A stretch of 64,000 nucleotides of DNA from Phoronis australis (lineage: Eukaryota > Animalia > Phoronida): positions 367,915 to 431,914 of the forward strand of contig NMRA01000098.1 of the NCBI GenBank assembly GCA_002633005.1, read 5' to 3'. Below the pieces are notes generated by a model. The model had not been told where the DNA came from. It saw only the letters and a list, made by a program, of their open reading frames with translations, and made no database searches. Position numbers and translations under genes: made by a program. This document shows positions 36,725 through 50,076 of the stretch, piece by piece (the stretch's first letter is position 1; each line of letters begins with the position of its first letter).

Positions 36725-39711
36725 TACCTTGATAGAGTAGTTCAACAGCCAGCCACTTTATGCTATGACCAGTGTGTGCTGGAGCAGAGTTTGGTGAATG
36801 AGATGGATAAAATGATAATTGAAATTGAACAGATTTTTGTATTACATACACCAAAACGAATCATGATTTTTGAGCCGGGCTCAAAAATCCCTAATCCGAA
36901 TACTTGGCCTTGCATTCTCTATCCATAATGGCGAAAAACTCTGAGTTGCGATTTTGGTATTGTTAGAGAATGAAATGATGACTGCCATAGGGATTCTTTG
37001 TACCAGAATCAAAGACCGTTATTTTTTTGATGTACAACGTAAAAAAATTCGATTTAATTTGAATTTGAGCTACCTTTTCCACCAAACTGGGATTCAGCAA
37101 TAGTAGATTCAGTTGTTTAACAATCAGCTGTTGAACACTACAGAATCCTATAAGCATGCTGATGAGCACTTGACCACTTAGCTGACCAGTGACCAGGCAG
37201 AAGGGAAGGCTGAATGAGTGTTTACTCAGAACAAGAAACATTTGATGCAAGAGTTGAAGGACATAGGTCTGAAGGTCATCCAGATGGAAACAGACAGTTC
37301 AATGGGTTTCTACTCTCATACCAATAAACTTCAGGCGAACTTTCTGACTTACAAGTGAAGTGGAGGGGTTTTGGCTAATTTGGCTTTGACTTGAGCCTTC
37401 AAATAAGCTGAATTTTGTATTGCTCCTGATCTGAGGAATCTATAGTCTTAAGAGGAAGTTGTTACTGGTTTTGAAAACACACTCAAATGAGAACTACCGT
37501 ATGTCATAGAAGGTACTCCATAGGTCACTAGGTTGTGTTGATGAAGAAAGGGGTCCTGGTTTTAACATCTGAATAGATTGATACCAAAAACTTGAAAGCA
37601 CTTCATCAGCATATGGGGTTATTCAGAGTCGTTCCATGGGATTATCTAGTTGGAGTCATTTCTGTGGTAAATCCCTTGCTGGACTAGCGCCTCCTAGTGA
37701 ATTAATTGTTCCCTAAATGAAGTAAGGTGATGTTGCAAAGGCCTGAGGATTCCTGTAGTTTTTGGTTTTCTTCCATTTGCCTAAACAGTCATAAGCAGAC
37801 CTATACTGTCTCGACTGAAGACAGATTTGCTAACCCTTCCATGGTGTAAAATGGAAAACAGTTGAAAACATCGGAGGGAAGCTTTGTAGCAGCATTTATT
37901 GCAGACAAGTGAGGAAATTGCATCATTTGCAAGTGCCAATTAGTTTGTTATTTGCATTTGCAACCATTGCATTCATGTTACATTTCACCATGAGTGGATG
38001 TGACCCAAAAGAAAGTCATTGACCTACTTCTTGAACACATGTCTGTCTGTGCTCATTGTGCTATTCCCTGTGATGTCAAAAAGGTGCTGTTGAAAAAAAT
38101 CCAAGAAGACTGGATTGGTTTAGTGGACTGGAGTAATAATCAGCTTCAGTCTGATTTGATGGATGTTTGAAAGACATAATTGATTAGTTGTATTTTGTTT
38201 TGAAGTTATCATTATGACTTTGTTGGTAATTGATTATTAATTATCCAACTGCATGACAATTACATTACCTGCTGTCCATAATCTGAATCATGACAAGAAT
38301 TTTGAATGTATGTGTTACCACTAATTTTGTCTACAATGGCAAAACAACTACGGTGAAAATTCTTCAATTTGGGACAAAAAATAAGTGTTAAAATTGCCAT
38401 AATTATTTTCTTATTTTTCAGATGCCTACTACATTCTTACAAATGCTCAAAATTTCACCAAATGCTGTTTCGTAATAGCTAAACCACACAAACCATGTAA
38501 ATTTTCCTGTTTAAAAATATTTTATTGAGAAATTTGACAATATGAAATTTCCCTTGTTCACCATGTGTGTGTCTCTAAAGCTTGAGAATTTGTACGGTAG
38601 CTCTCAAGCTTTGAGATGTCTGGAACTGGAAATTATCGAATGCCAGATGTACTAGCTCCTCTCCAGTACATTTGAGCATACCTCAGTATTTGGGTGAGAA
38701 GCAAAACCCAAAACCATCTGTTCAAGTGAGCTGTTAACCATACCTTGCACATTGTTTAGAAGCAAGCACTGCATGGTAACATGGAGTTTAATGTAAAGTT
38801 GTCTAAAGTAACCTATTGACTTGCTGGCTTAGTCCTGAACTGAAATTAAGCCTCATAATTCACTGCTTCATTGCCATTTGAACTTAGCAGTCATTTTGCT
38901 TTCTGTATGTGCTTTGATTCAAGGTTTCCCTGCTCTCCAACAGGGTATTATTGCATGTTTTCACGTTATGAATTCAACAAAAACTTTGTGTTGCACTCTT
39001 GATGTGAACATATGTGACATCTTATGCTTACAAGTACGAATTTGTACAACTTTGTGCATTTAGCTTAAATATTTCCAAGTTTATAGATTTCAAATTAGTA
39101 AAAGTATATTAGAATTATTTTCTGAAAGTTCTAAGCTTGTAAAATTTCCAAATTTTGACTTTATATGAATCTGACATTGATGAGATCATGTGGTCATGTT
39201 TTCAGTAAAATCTAGCAAACAACCTTATAAATAACATGATGAAATTTATTTGATATTAATGTTCAAGATGAAATCTCAAAAATTTTGTTACAATTTTCTA
39301 AATTATCATTTTTTTTACGTTTTATTTCAATGTATTGATCAATAAGAAAGATGACTTTACTGCTCAGAATTCAAATTAATCTGGCAATTTTCATTTTACG
39401 GAACTTTTGATTTTTTTTGCATAAAAATCATAAATTAGAGTCTTATTTTTGATAGCCCCTCATGCAAAGTGGAATATTTTTTAAAAACAATTGAATGCAG
39501 AATTTTGGAGCACTGTATAAAGATGTGAAAGTCTCATATGAATCTGGTCGGCCATTTCTAAAATCCGTATTATGTTCCAAAGTTAGTGGACGTTTTTATA
39601 GGCTCCTACCATAATTTCGTTATCGTTACCAGTTCTTACATAAGATTGCTTATTCCAAAGGTCACATCCACAAAATGGGGCGTGTTCAGTTATCCTCCTC
39701 TGCTATTGTAG

Positions 39712-39886
39712 ACAGCGCCTTAATGACGTGTTCGACGTGGTGACAGTAGTAGATGCCCTGGACAGCCGTGACATGACAAACCTGAAGTTACTAGACCGGC
39801 CTGACCTGGGAGTCACCTTCACCAAGCTACATTGTTGGAGGCTCACCCAGTTCACAAAGTGCGTCTTCATCGATGCTGACGCAATG
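39712..39886 (+). CDS. GYG1: Glycogenin exon 3 (DAD motif)
   Basis: tag|..[30 protein letters not shown]|gtgagt, 175 nt. Confidence 0.95.
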
Positions 39887-40491
39887 GTGAGTACTTCATG
39901 GTCTTCTATGGGGAGGGGCAAATGAGGGTGGGGAAGTAATGAGGGAGACACTCGTCACAGCAAAATTCAAACTTGCTTTGGCAACTGAGTCAAACGTTTT
40001 TGTAGGTACTGAACACCAGTTTGTTTTTTACGTTAGCATACAATTTGAGGGACACCTTTAAGTAACCAGAGAACAACCAGTGGAGAACCCTGGTGCCTGC
40101 TGTTGACTCGACTGGATATTTTATCTGTTTCGCCTGCTTTGATGCCTCAATTTCACACAGTCAATTACACATCTGACATGTTATCTTTTTGCCAAAATCA
40201 TTTTATCACGGTATAAGGTATCTCGGGGCCCTCGATGACATGATGAGAGCATCGAGCTGATATTCTGCTCGATTCCCTTGGAAAAATACTTTAAAATTTC
40301 CCTCACCTGTATTTTTCTCTCACTCAAAAAGTTACCCCTCACAAAAGTCACTGGCACCTTTCCCTCAGGTGAGTAAGGACCCTATATCTTATATTTTTAA
40401 TGTTCTATTGGTACTATAATTTCTCTTTCTGTTTTTGTATTATCGTGTGAGATCGAACATCGTAGTGTATGTATTCTCTCATGTATTTTAG

Positions 40492-40654
40492 GTGCTTCAA
40501 AACATAGACGATCTTTTCGAGAGGGAAGAGTTATCAGCGGCCCCGGACCCTGGCTGGCCAGACTGCTTCAACTCTGGTGTATTTGTATTTTGTCCAAGTG
40601 AGGCCACCTACACAGCTCTCCTAGACTTTGCAGTGTCTGTAGGCAGCTTTGACG
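40492..40654 (+). CDS. GYG1: Glycogenin exon 4
   Basis: tag|[32 protein letters not shown]...GSFD G|gtaagt, 163 nt. Confidence 0.95.
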
Positions 40655-41142
40655 GTAAGTGTTGTCAGCTTTAAGTGGAGATGATTAATCTGATATTGCT
40701 TTGCTTACTTGAAGATGTAAACGTCATATATCAGCAGGGATTAGGATGGAAACGCGCACTTATAATCAGAAACAAAACTTTGTCTTTTGGCTTGAAATTT
40801 GGTAGAGGAAAAAGCCTTGCATAATTTTAAGCAATTTTATCTGTGAAAAAGATTTGAGCATTTTGATTCTTGTTCTTGATGACTTCAAGCAAAATTGGCA
40901 ATACCGCAAACACTTTTTATCTTTCTACAACCACAGTATTTATTTATTAACAATCCCTGGAGAATATTGAATTGCCCAAAATGTGATACAAACTTAGTTG
41001 TATCCACATGACCTTACGAAACGTTACTTCCACCAGCAACCCATAATTCACCAATGGCCACCAACATATCTACGCTGAGGTTAGAACATGTGAATGCTCG
41101 ATAGCCAACACCTTTGCTTTTCACTTCCAATTTGTATTACAG

Positions 41143-41269
41143 GTGGTGACCAGGGTCTATTAAATCTATTCTTTAGCGACTGGGCAACCAAAGACATAAA
41201 GCACCATCTGCCTTTCTTGTACAACGTCGTATCTCAGGCCTTTTATAGTTACCTACCAGCGTTCAAACA
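41143..41269 (+). CDS. GYG1: Glycogenin exon 5 (autoglucosylated Tyr)
   Basis: cag|[43 protein letters not shown]|gtgagt, 127 nt. YSYLPAF contains the Tyr195 equivalent. Confidence 0.95.
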
Positions 41270-42310
41270 GTGAGTGTTGTCTTTCATTTTTTTCCTTTTT
41301 GTTGTTTACCAGAACATGAGTGTACCTGAGATGTGGTTTAGATTTAGTTGGATGATTTTTACTGTAACAGAGGACGATTGCAGAGAAGCCAGTAAATTGT
41401 TCTTTTTTGTTTATTTTATGACCCTTAGTGCATTTTTCTAGTGGTTGTGGAAGAAAGTGCTTATAGAGCCTTTTTCTGTTTTGAGATGTCTTATCTCTCA
41501 CTTCATAAACACTGTAGTGCTGACAGACCATAGTTCTATGGGGTGTGGTTTCACACTGAAGTAACTGGCTTATCATGGTTGGGGCTAATGGCGCCAAACT
41601 TTTGTGTCTTAAAGAAAATAGTTCGCTTTGTTTCAATATGTTATCGAATTGTACAACTGATAAATTGGACAGTCAAATGTAAACTGACCTGTCGTTTAAG
41701 AAGACACACTTGGGCATTTCTGCATAGATCCTAACCACTCCATTATCGGTGTCAATTCTGGTGCAGGCCTCTCATGAGGTTGCGATAGCGATGGTGCCAT
41801 GACTCGTAGTTGGAGCAGGGTTTTCTGAACAAAGTAGTATGACCTGGATTTGAAAGAAATTTGCGTTAAAGTTGATTTCACAAAGCACTGGGTTGGTGTT
41901 GTCTGTGAGAATAGTGCATTTTATCCCTGTTCTGCCGTCAATGTTGAATCCTTCACCAAAGTGCTTTGGGGCTTAAAGATTTACTGCACTCATCCGATCT
42001 TGATTTATTGCCAAGTGAGCTTTGTAAATCGTGTCACTGGCGATGTGTATATCTGCATTTTTTTTCTGCAATTTCGTTTTCGCCAACTCCAAGGAAGAGC
42101 TTTCCTGGGTCGCTGGTGGCTTCAGTGCTGTAGCTGATAACTTACATAGAATCCTATCATGTTAAAGGATATTGCAAGACCTATTTTATGATAGTAAAAA
42201 GCCTTTTGAATTGCAACACAAAAGATTCTAATAGATCAGTTAACGACAAGTTAAAAATTTTGTTTACCGTCATGAATTTCTGGTGTGATGGTTCGTGTCA
42301 ATGTGTGCAG

Positions 42311-42491
42311 GTTTGGTAAAGATGCCAAGGTGGTGCACTTCATTGGGCCAGTGAAGCCGTGGCAGAACGTGTACAACACAGCCACGGGTCACGTGATCCC
42401 GCAGCAAGGAACTGGTCACAACGGAGACTTCCTCCAAATGTGGTGGAACATCTTCATGGAGTGCGTCTTTAAAAATCTGGACAGCACTATG
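42311..42491 (+). CDS. GYG1: Glycogenin exon 6
   Basis: cag|FGKDAKVVHFIGPVKPW...FLQMWWNIF...STM|gtaggt. Confidence 0.92.
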
Positions 42492-45467
42492 GTAGGTGTG
42501 GTGTGCGAGGGGGGATGGGGCGGCAGAAAGCAGCCCCACCCCCGTCAATGTTTGAAAGAGTCTTTGAGTGTGGCTGTGTGCATGTGCTCGTGTGTTCGTC
42601 TAGATGAGTGCGTGTGCTTGTGTCTTTTGTGAGGTGTATTGGTGTATCTGTGCGTGAATATGTTTGAAGATTCATTCGTGAAGCCTTAATTTGATTTTTC
42701 TTCCTGACTTAAGTGTTATTCACAAGGTTGTAGTTGGGAGAACTTTGGGCGCTGAAAGACTGGCTTAAAGCCTATCTTGAACGGTAACACCTGTAGGTTT
42801 GGTTCCTTCAGTATGTTAAGAGCATCGCTCTGAGCTCACGAGAAAAACCTTTTAATTGAAACAGCTGCGAATAACACCCGTACGCAATGGTGTTCTATTC
42901 AAACCCCTATTCAATACAACTGTTCTCGGCCTTTTGTTGTTTTGTGCTAGGATCTTGCGGTGCGGCAACATGGCACGAAACAGCAGCTTCACCTATCATT
43001 TGACGGGCTTACATATGAGTGATTGAACTCTCGTTTACTAAGTCTTTGCTAGGACTATCTGGTTAGCCCAATACATCTAAAATAACAAAATTACGTTGAA
43101 GTTAGGCTTTATTTAATGTTGATATAGTAACTCAGTATATCATAGATTCACCACTGCCAACTGTGACTATTCCGGTTTAGTGTATATGAACATGTCAAAC
43201 TCAATATGGTGTGGAATTTATGACTTAAATGTTTGCAAAACATTCTGTTTTAGATTTTGCGATTTCGGATTTACCGAATTGTGAACCAAATAGTGCTGCG
43301 TAGGACTTTAAAAGTGCTGTCTAAATATTGGTGTGTGATTACACTGTAACATTTTTCACATCTTTCACCCGAGTGACTTGAAATACACACATAACTTTTT
43401 GCTTGAAGTTAGAACAGTAGAGCTTGGGGTCTTCGGTGCGCTAATATTGAGCATGGAATTCTGGGTAAGATTCACTTACAGGGGTCCTGGATTTTGATGA
43501 GTTTGATGCCCATTATTCTGTGCAGAAAGCTGGTTCTCAAAATGCGGGCTCGTTATATCGGACCATTACGGATTTCATCGGCATTGTCCTAAATTTTAAG
43601 GACACTTCCCGACAATGAATGTTGGTCTTTGATTAATGTCGGTAATGAAATGTGCAACAGTGCTTTGCAAACAGGACATTAATTTTTCAAGACTTACGAT
43701 AAAATGCTGTTATTTTGTAATGTTTTTCACTACCCCAAAACGAGGTTCATTTTAAGTCTTCAGTCCGTCTATTCACTTATTTTTGTGTTAAATCTTATTA
43801 ATTCTTGTCATGTCTTCATTTATCAATAATTTTCAGAGTTGCTTATTGGAGGTAGCTCCTGTCATTTGCTGCTAGTGTTTGTCTGGGGACATTCTATAGT
43901 GTTTTGTTCAAGGTTACTGATGATGGGTGGCAAATATCTGGGCTCCAGATACAAAACGTGATTGAGACTTGTCTGGAAAATAGACAAAACTTTTGGCACT
44001 TTTTGAGAAAGTTTACAAATGGCGCGCATCGAGCGTACTTTCAGGTTTCACATGAAGGCGATTCGGAATGATCCTCTGGGGAGTTATGGTGTAAGCATGC
44101 ATCTCCTGTTTGGGGAAAGTGAGGCTCAAAACTCAGTCCATGTGTTTTCTATCTTGGTGGAGGCACTTGCTTTATTGGAGTCCAGCTCTTATTAGTTGTG
44201 TTAAATTAAATAGGATTTGGGACTGTGGTAACCACTGATCTGTGTTGATATTGTTTAAAGGATCCATTTATAAGGGCTTGCAGAAAGGCATTATTAGGAA
44301 CATGTAGTGTGATGTTAGGTATAGGCATTCCAAGACTGGGTAGATTGAGTGAACCTTACTGCCTGTGGAAGTTCACTCTAGACATATAATGAATATAACA
44401 ATGTTCTGAACAGAATACACATCGAATAAAATCGGATTGTTTACTGCAAGCTCTTCAAAATAATACGTGCACAGTCGGAGGAGAACTGGAGAGTCGGTGT
44501 TTTAGCGATTTACGATCTCCGTTGGACAGCTTTTTTAAATTACACTCTGCTATCCCGGACTCTTGCTTTATCCTCACACCTTCGACATGGGATTTCTTCG
44601 CGACCTTACTTGAAGGTACACGCATCATTTGTACGTTCCATCCTCATCCCTCGGTTTGTTTGTTGTTCAGTTTTCTGCTAACCCCCTGTGTTTCTGTGTG
44701 GTTTTCTTCACTAATGATTTGTATTTTCCATGTGAGTTAAATTTGTTTGTTTGATTTCATTATCCTTAGCTTGGCGCAGCATTGTAATGGGCTACTTTAT
44801 AATTCTGCTGAACACAGTTTTTACAAAGTTGAAAAACATTTTGCGGCATTAATACAACCATATGTTCTTTTTCATTCAGTTCAATTTTGCAGTTTGTTGT
44901 TATAAACATAACATATGATTCAAAGTTAAAAATTATTATTTGAATGAGTAACAGCTTGTATAAAGTGGTGTTTAGCATAGTTTTTTACCACTGTCTTGTG
45001 ATTAGTTTCTTGATAATTTAGTTACTAAGTTTTGTTTTTCAAACTAACATCGCATTCTTTGTGGTTTTTCTCTGTGATTTTGCCTGTGTTAAAGCCTGCC
45101 TCGCGTTGTTTGTACTTGCCATCACTATATGAAGGAAGTGATGTCACATTGACATCATAGGATTGCATTTCTTGTGAGTGATTGTTTTTTTTGCTCAATT
45201 CTGTTCAACCAAGGAATGAGCATTTCTGCTTCATTAAAAGTTGGTTTCTAAGTATTTTTGACTATTGGAGTGACTTTCTTTTTTCATTATTGCTTTTTGC
45301 TTTTCATCCAAGAGTTATTGATAATTTTTTCTGAAAGTTCTCTTGCCTTGTAGCATTAGATGTGTGAGCTTTTTTAGTTTTGCTTAAGATGCGCGCAGAC
45401 TTTGTGGCAGGTACTGGCTCACGTGAAATCGAATGAGCATGCTCAAATTCTCGTGTCTTGGTTTCAG

Positions 45468-46424
45468 ACGTTCTTGCTCCGATTTATTCACGAGGAGCCA
45501 GCGCCCAAACCCGTGCCCGCGAGGGAGCACCACGGGTGGCACCCGCCTTACCAGCAGTATTTCTCACCTCAAATGGCTCCGCCACCCGTCGAGCACTTTT
45601 CGCCCGCTACACCCGAATACCATATGAGGATGCCCTATGTCCCTCCTAGTCTCCCGCAGACATTTTACGAGCCACCCTCTCACGAGCATCATGGATGCCT
45701 AACCTTTGGTGCCACAGATGCATGTAGCCATGTGAATCATGAGCCGGTGAGTGAATATGTTCCGCCCCCGGAGGCACGTGAATACCACTTCTTCGAGAGT
45801 CATTATACAGAGACGCCACTAACACAGGTGGATTTGTTTACGCCACCTCCGGAATCTTATGTGGCAAAAGAATTCTTCGACCCAGTTCCACCCAGTGTGG
45901 AGCCTACATGCTTTAGCGAGCCCCCATCAGGAACGGAGGACAGCGGTGTGATGGACTACACGTCAGGTAGCGACGGGGAACACGAAAATGGTGACGGACA
46001 TTGTACCACTGGTGTAAGTGATTCAGTTAAGCCCAGTACATATCCCACAGATGCTGACGTGCCATCAGAGGGCACTGTTTTGCCTACAGCACCCCCTGTG
46101 GGCCAGGAAGAGTGCGAGCTCAAACCTGATGCGGAAAAGTGTGCTGAGGACGAGAATGGTAGTTGTATTAGTAGTGTACATTCCGAAGATGAGCATTCTG
46201 ACAGTCAGACAGATGGTTCCGAGTCAGATGTCAGTACAGAGGACTTGACAACGGAAGAAGAGTCGGATTTTGGAACAGATGAAGACGACATCCTCTTTAA
46301 GGTTGTTGCGATTAACCTTCCAAATGTTGACAATCTGGCTGGTTTGGGCTTGCTCAAGCTGCGGTACTTTAGCTTTAGCCTAGCCATCTGTTGCCATTCT
46401 GGAGTTTTGGTTGATGCTGTCTAG
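45468..46424 (+). CDS. GYG1: Glycogenin alternative linker exon (Pro/His-rich then acidic); internal donor at 46014 or terminal to stop at 46424
   Basis: tttcag|ACG is phase 0. GC-richer 957-nt open frame with low-complexity P/E/H/S content. A phase-0 donor ggt|gtaagt lies at 46013/46014. Confidence 0.7.
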   Translation, partial: TFLLRFIHEEPAPKPVPAREHHGWHPPYQQYFSPQMAPPPVEHFSPATPEYHMRMPYVPPSLPQTFYEPPSHEHHGCLTFGATDACSHVNHEPVSEYVPPPEAREYHFFESHYTETPLTQVDLFTPPPESYVAKEFFDPVPPSVEPTCFSEPPSGTEDSGVMDYTSGSDGEHENGDGHCTTGVSDSVKPSTYPTDADVPSEGTVLPTAPPVGQEECELKPDAEKCAEDENGSCISSVHSEDEHSDSQTDGSESDVSTEDLTTEEESDFGTDEDDILFKVVAINLPNVDNLAGLGLLKLRYFSFSLAICCHSGVLVDAV

Positions 46425-48038
46425 AGTTGCCTTTGACGTGCTTAAAGTAACTTTCTTGTGAGTCTGTGTGTGCTTTCTAAACATCTTGCATGTGCTCCAT
46501 TTGTTTTGGCTACTCCCTCAGTCTCTGCTGCATGTGTCTGGAGTCGAGTTACTGCTTCTCTGTTCGTGACTAGTGACTCTGCACAACCTGCTCCTGTTTT
46601 GATAATTGACTTCTAACAAGGTCTGTATTATGTTGAATACGACCCTCCTCTAGTTTTCCTTTGGAAACGTAGAAGACGAGTTCTCTGTTCCCCAATCCCC
46701 GAACATGGGAAGCTAGCCACAATTAAAAACAGTTTGAAGCTTACCATATACGCCCTGCGATGGACTCCTGTAATTCATTCTATAACTGGCAACACTACGA
46801 TCGAAAGATGGCCTTGAAAACCACTCTTTTTCATTGTTCAGTTGATGTTTGAGTGTGTTTGGAACAGATTTTGATTCATACTATCATAATGTAACATTGA
46901 ATCCCCTAGCCACCCACAACAACAAGGTTAAATGTCTGATCAAAATTTTGTTTTTGGTCACTCTTGCCTAATTCCTCAAAAGGAAAAGTTAAGTTTGGTG
47001 TCAATAAAAGAAACGTTCATTCTTACACAGGTGCCATTCATAAAAAGATTCCATTTTCATAAAGAAATGTATTTATCAGTGTGTATCAAACTGTTGTTGA
47101 GGAAGAGAACATGAAGCAAACTTTGGCCTTCTTAGTATAATCAAAGTACATTTGCAGACCTTCACTTGAAATAGGCAAGGGGTTCATTCAAATCTTGTTT
47201 GTAGTTCAAAGGACGGGAAAATGCCGAAAGCATGTGTGTTTATGAACAGCACAGGTCCAAGGTGTGCATCTCGGCCAACTGGAAAAGAATCAACAACATG
47301 GAATCATGTTAAAATGGTATTCGTTAAATTGGGATGATTTAAGTGCAACACTGGTTTTCTTTATTTGTCATTTTTTCAGTTTTCAACAAATTTTTGATGA
47401 AGTCAGAAACTCGCCTTCTCGGAACAAAGGTAGAATGTGACAGTCAATCACTTTTACACTCTTCAAAAAAATTTTTTAGAAAAATTACAAGTTAAGATGT
47501 TTTTTATCAAACAGATAATTTAAAATATATAAATATAAATCGGTAAAGTTCATAATTGTCCATTGAATTAAGTGTTTGGCTAAAGGATGTATTTTGTTTT
47601 AAGGAAGTTTCTTTCTGTTTGCGCTGTTCACAAACCAACTTCTTGTATCCTTCAGTGCAAGGGACTGAGAACTAGTTTTCAGTTGGATGCAGACTCAATT
47701 GCCATTTGGCACCACTAAAAGTTTCTGTAGCATGTTCTAGATTTCCGACTATAAATACTTTCACAATACTCTAAAATCTTGTCTCTACAATGCCACATTC
47801 ACCATCTCTTGTTATTAAGCAAAATCTACTTTGACTGTTTTTTATTTGACCCATGTTCTTTGTTATTCAATGGCATTCCTGAAAACTAAATTTATTTACC
47901 TCCCAATAATTTTTGTGGCCCTTTAAATGGCAAATTAAAAAGTTCTTGATCGTTCTGGTAGAATAGTCGTAAACCCTTTGCCACTATGGTGACATTACTT
48001 TGAAGTAGTTTACTGTACTAGCCAAGGTTACCTTGGCG

Positions 48039-48062
48039 GGGGGGGGGGGGGGGGGGGGGGGN
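48039..48062. other. Poly-G run ending in N (contig join)
   Basis: A run of >20 G followed by n at 48062. Confidence 0.8.
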
Positions 48063-49797
48063 GAGTGTGTTTCATTACTATCTTCAGGCATCATTCATTG
48101 ATCACGTGTTCTGGCTTTAAATTGTGTACAACTACTTAACAACTAGTACTACTACAAAAGTTCATCAACTGATAAAGGTTACTCTTATCTGTTTGGTCAG
48201 TACTGATATGGTAAGGCATTCTGTGAAAGTCAAATGATAGATATGTGGTCTGTTGTGTTTTTGTTTGTGGGTCAATGTCAATGATCTGCTCATGTGTCTG
48301 GGTCATTGAACGTCCACTGTGTTGAAAGCAGTTTTAGAAAATAAATTTTATGCTTAAGTCAGGCTAAATGTAGGACAGATTTGCAGTAATAGTGGCTATA
48401 AAATCCACCTTTTATCAAAAACTCAGCCTTTTATTTCAGACTTCTTACCAGTATGAAATTGGACTCAAATTGTTCAGTAGTCAAATTAGAAATGATTTGA
48501 AGTCTTCGAAAGAACTGGTAGTTCGTTATGGCTTCAGACCATGCCCTTAAAGTCAAACTCTGATCTTATTTCTAATCTGAATAAGGAACTAGTTGAGACC
48601 TATGGTAAACGATCTAAATCACGAGTTCAGTTATTGAATGGAACACAGACTTATAGCTGCTTTTAATAAGAAAAGTTTGTACTGTGATATCTGGGTTCTG
48701 TATCAAGGGTTTTGTATTTACCAGATTGTTTCTCTTAGTTTATATTAATAGCCGCTGTAAAATAAAAAAGCAACAAGCAAATGTCCACGGTCATTTTAGA
48801 ATAAAAATGGATCCAATTCATCCATTATGCATGCGTTTTGTATCTTGAGGGTTGTGTCTGTGGGAAAATGAGCTTTTACTGCTTCTTAATGGATACCTGC
48901 AATGCGCTGCTTTTTGTCTTGTCAACCGTGTTCAACTTGATAATTCTTGAGTCTTGTAGGTGATGATATAATGTGGATTGTCTGTGGATCAGGGGTTGTT
49001 GTAGACTGATGGCGTGAGTGAGTGTTGACCACAAACTTTGTCAAACACATGTAAACGGGCTTTTTGGTTCCAGTATTTTGATCCTATAACCATAGGACAA
49101 TTAACTGACAAGACAGGCAAAATAATGGTGCTGACCTCTACCTTCTTGTGCTTGGAGGTTTCTTGTCTTGGATTACGATAGTTGTTAGAATGTCTAAGTT
49201 CGATTTCAAGGTAGATTTTGGGTTTGCTAGTGTTGAGCGATAATTAGTGCTGTGAAGGATATTGTCATTTCATCAATATCTTGTTCTTGTTAGAATTTGC
49301 AGTTAGCCGTGAGTGCTCTGCAGTTGGAAGTTTTTTGTGTGTTTATTGTTGAGTTTGTGTTATTGAATGTTCTGTTGTACTTTTCAGGTTGGCAGTGAGG
49401 TTGTCGTGTTGAATTAATATTGTGTTACAACAGTGCGATACGTGTGCTCAATAATAGTATTTTATGACTTATCAGACTTAATTCTCAAAAATTTGTATGT
49501 CGTAAAGTCTTAAATCATTACTACTTTTTTGCAAAATGTTTGGCCAAGTTGGAAATCTCAGTATTCTTAAAACGCAGTGGTCGTTCCCTGAATTAATTGT
49601 GTTAAGCTCCAATAAAACATCATCTACTGTATGCCTTTTGTTATATTATCCTTTTGCTACTGAAGGAGATATAAAAAAAAATTATAAATCTGAAAATGCT
49701 GGGTGGATCTCCTATGTTTCATGTTGTTTTTTTTTTAAATAATTTATTTTTCATAATAATAAGTCTATTGTAATTGTTGATTACCTTTGCTTTTCAG

Positions 49798-50076
49798 ACT
49801 GGTCTTGTACAGGAACTAGCAACAATCAAGCTGGAATCACGGGAGTCCGGAGTGGCACCACCTGAACTGACGGACCGTGAGCGCCGAGACCTGTGGGAGA
49901 GGGGTCAAATGGATTACTTGGGTGAGGACAGGTTCGACAAAATTTTGGAGAGGATAACCGCCACCATCAATGGTGGGGCAGAAAAGCCAGCGGTCGCCGC
50001 GGAAACCACAAGCTCAAGGAGGACGGCACCAGCGGCGTCCTCTGCTGGCTCAAAACCAAAAGCACCCAAAAAGTAG
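49798..50076 (+). CDS. GYG1: Glycogenin last exon (glycogen synthase-binding motif)
   Basis: tttcag|TGLVQ...ERRDLWERGQMDYLGEDRFDKILERI matches GYG1 'WEQGQADYMGADSFDNI'. AATAAA at 50161. The short isoform is 1083 nt, 360 aa. Confidence 0.93.
   Translation, partial: TGLVQELATIKLESRESGVAPPELTDRERRDLWERGQMDYLGEDRFDKILERITATINGGAEKPAVAAETTSSRRTAPAASSAGSKPKAPKK

Noticed and set aside
44500-44616. Possible extra glycogenin exon ending gaag|gtacac
   Set aside because: Phase-0 readings from nearby acceptors hit TAA, and no frame-compatible model was found.
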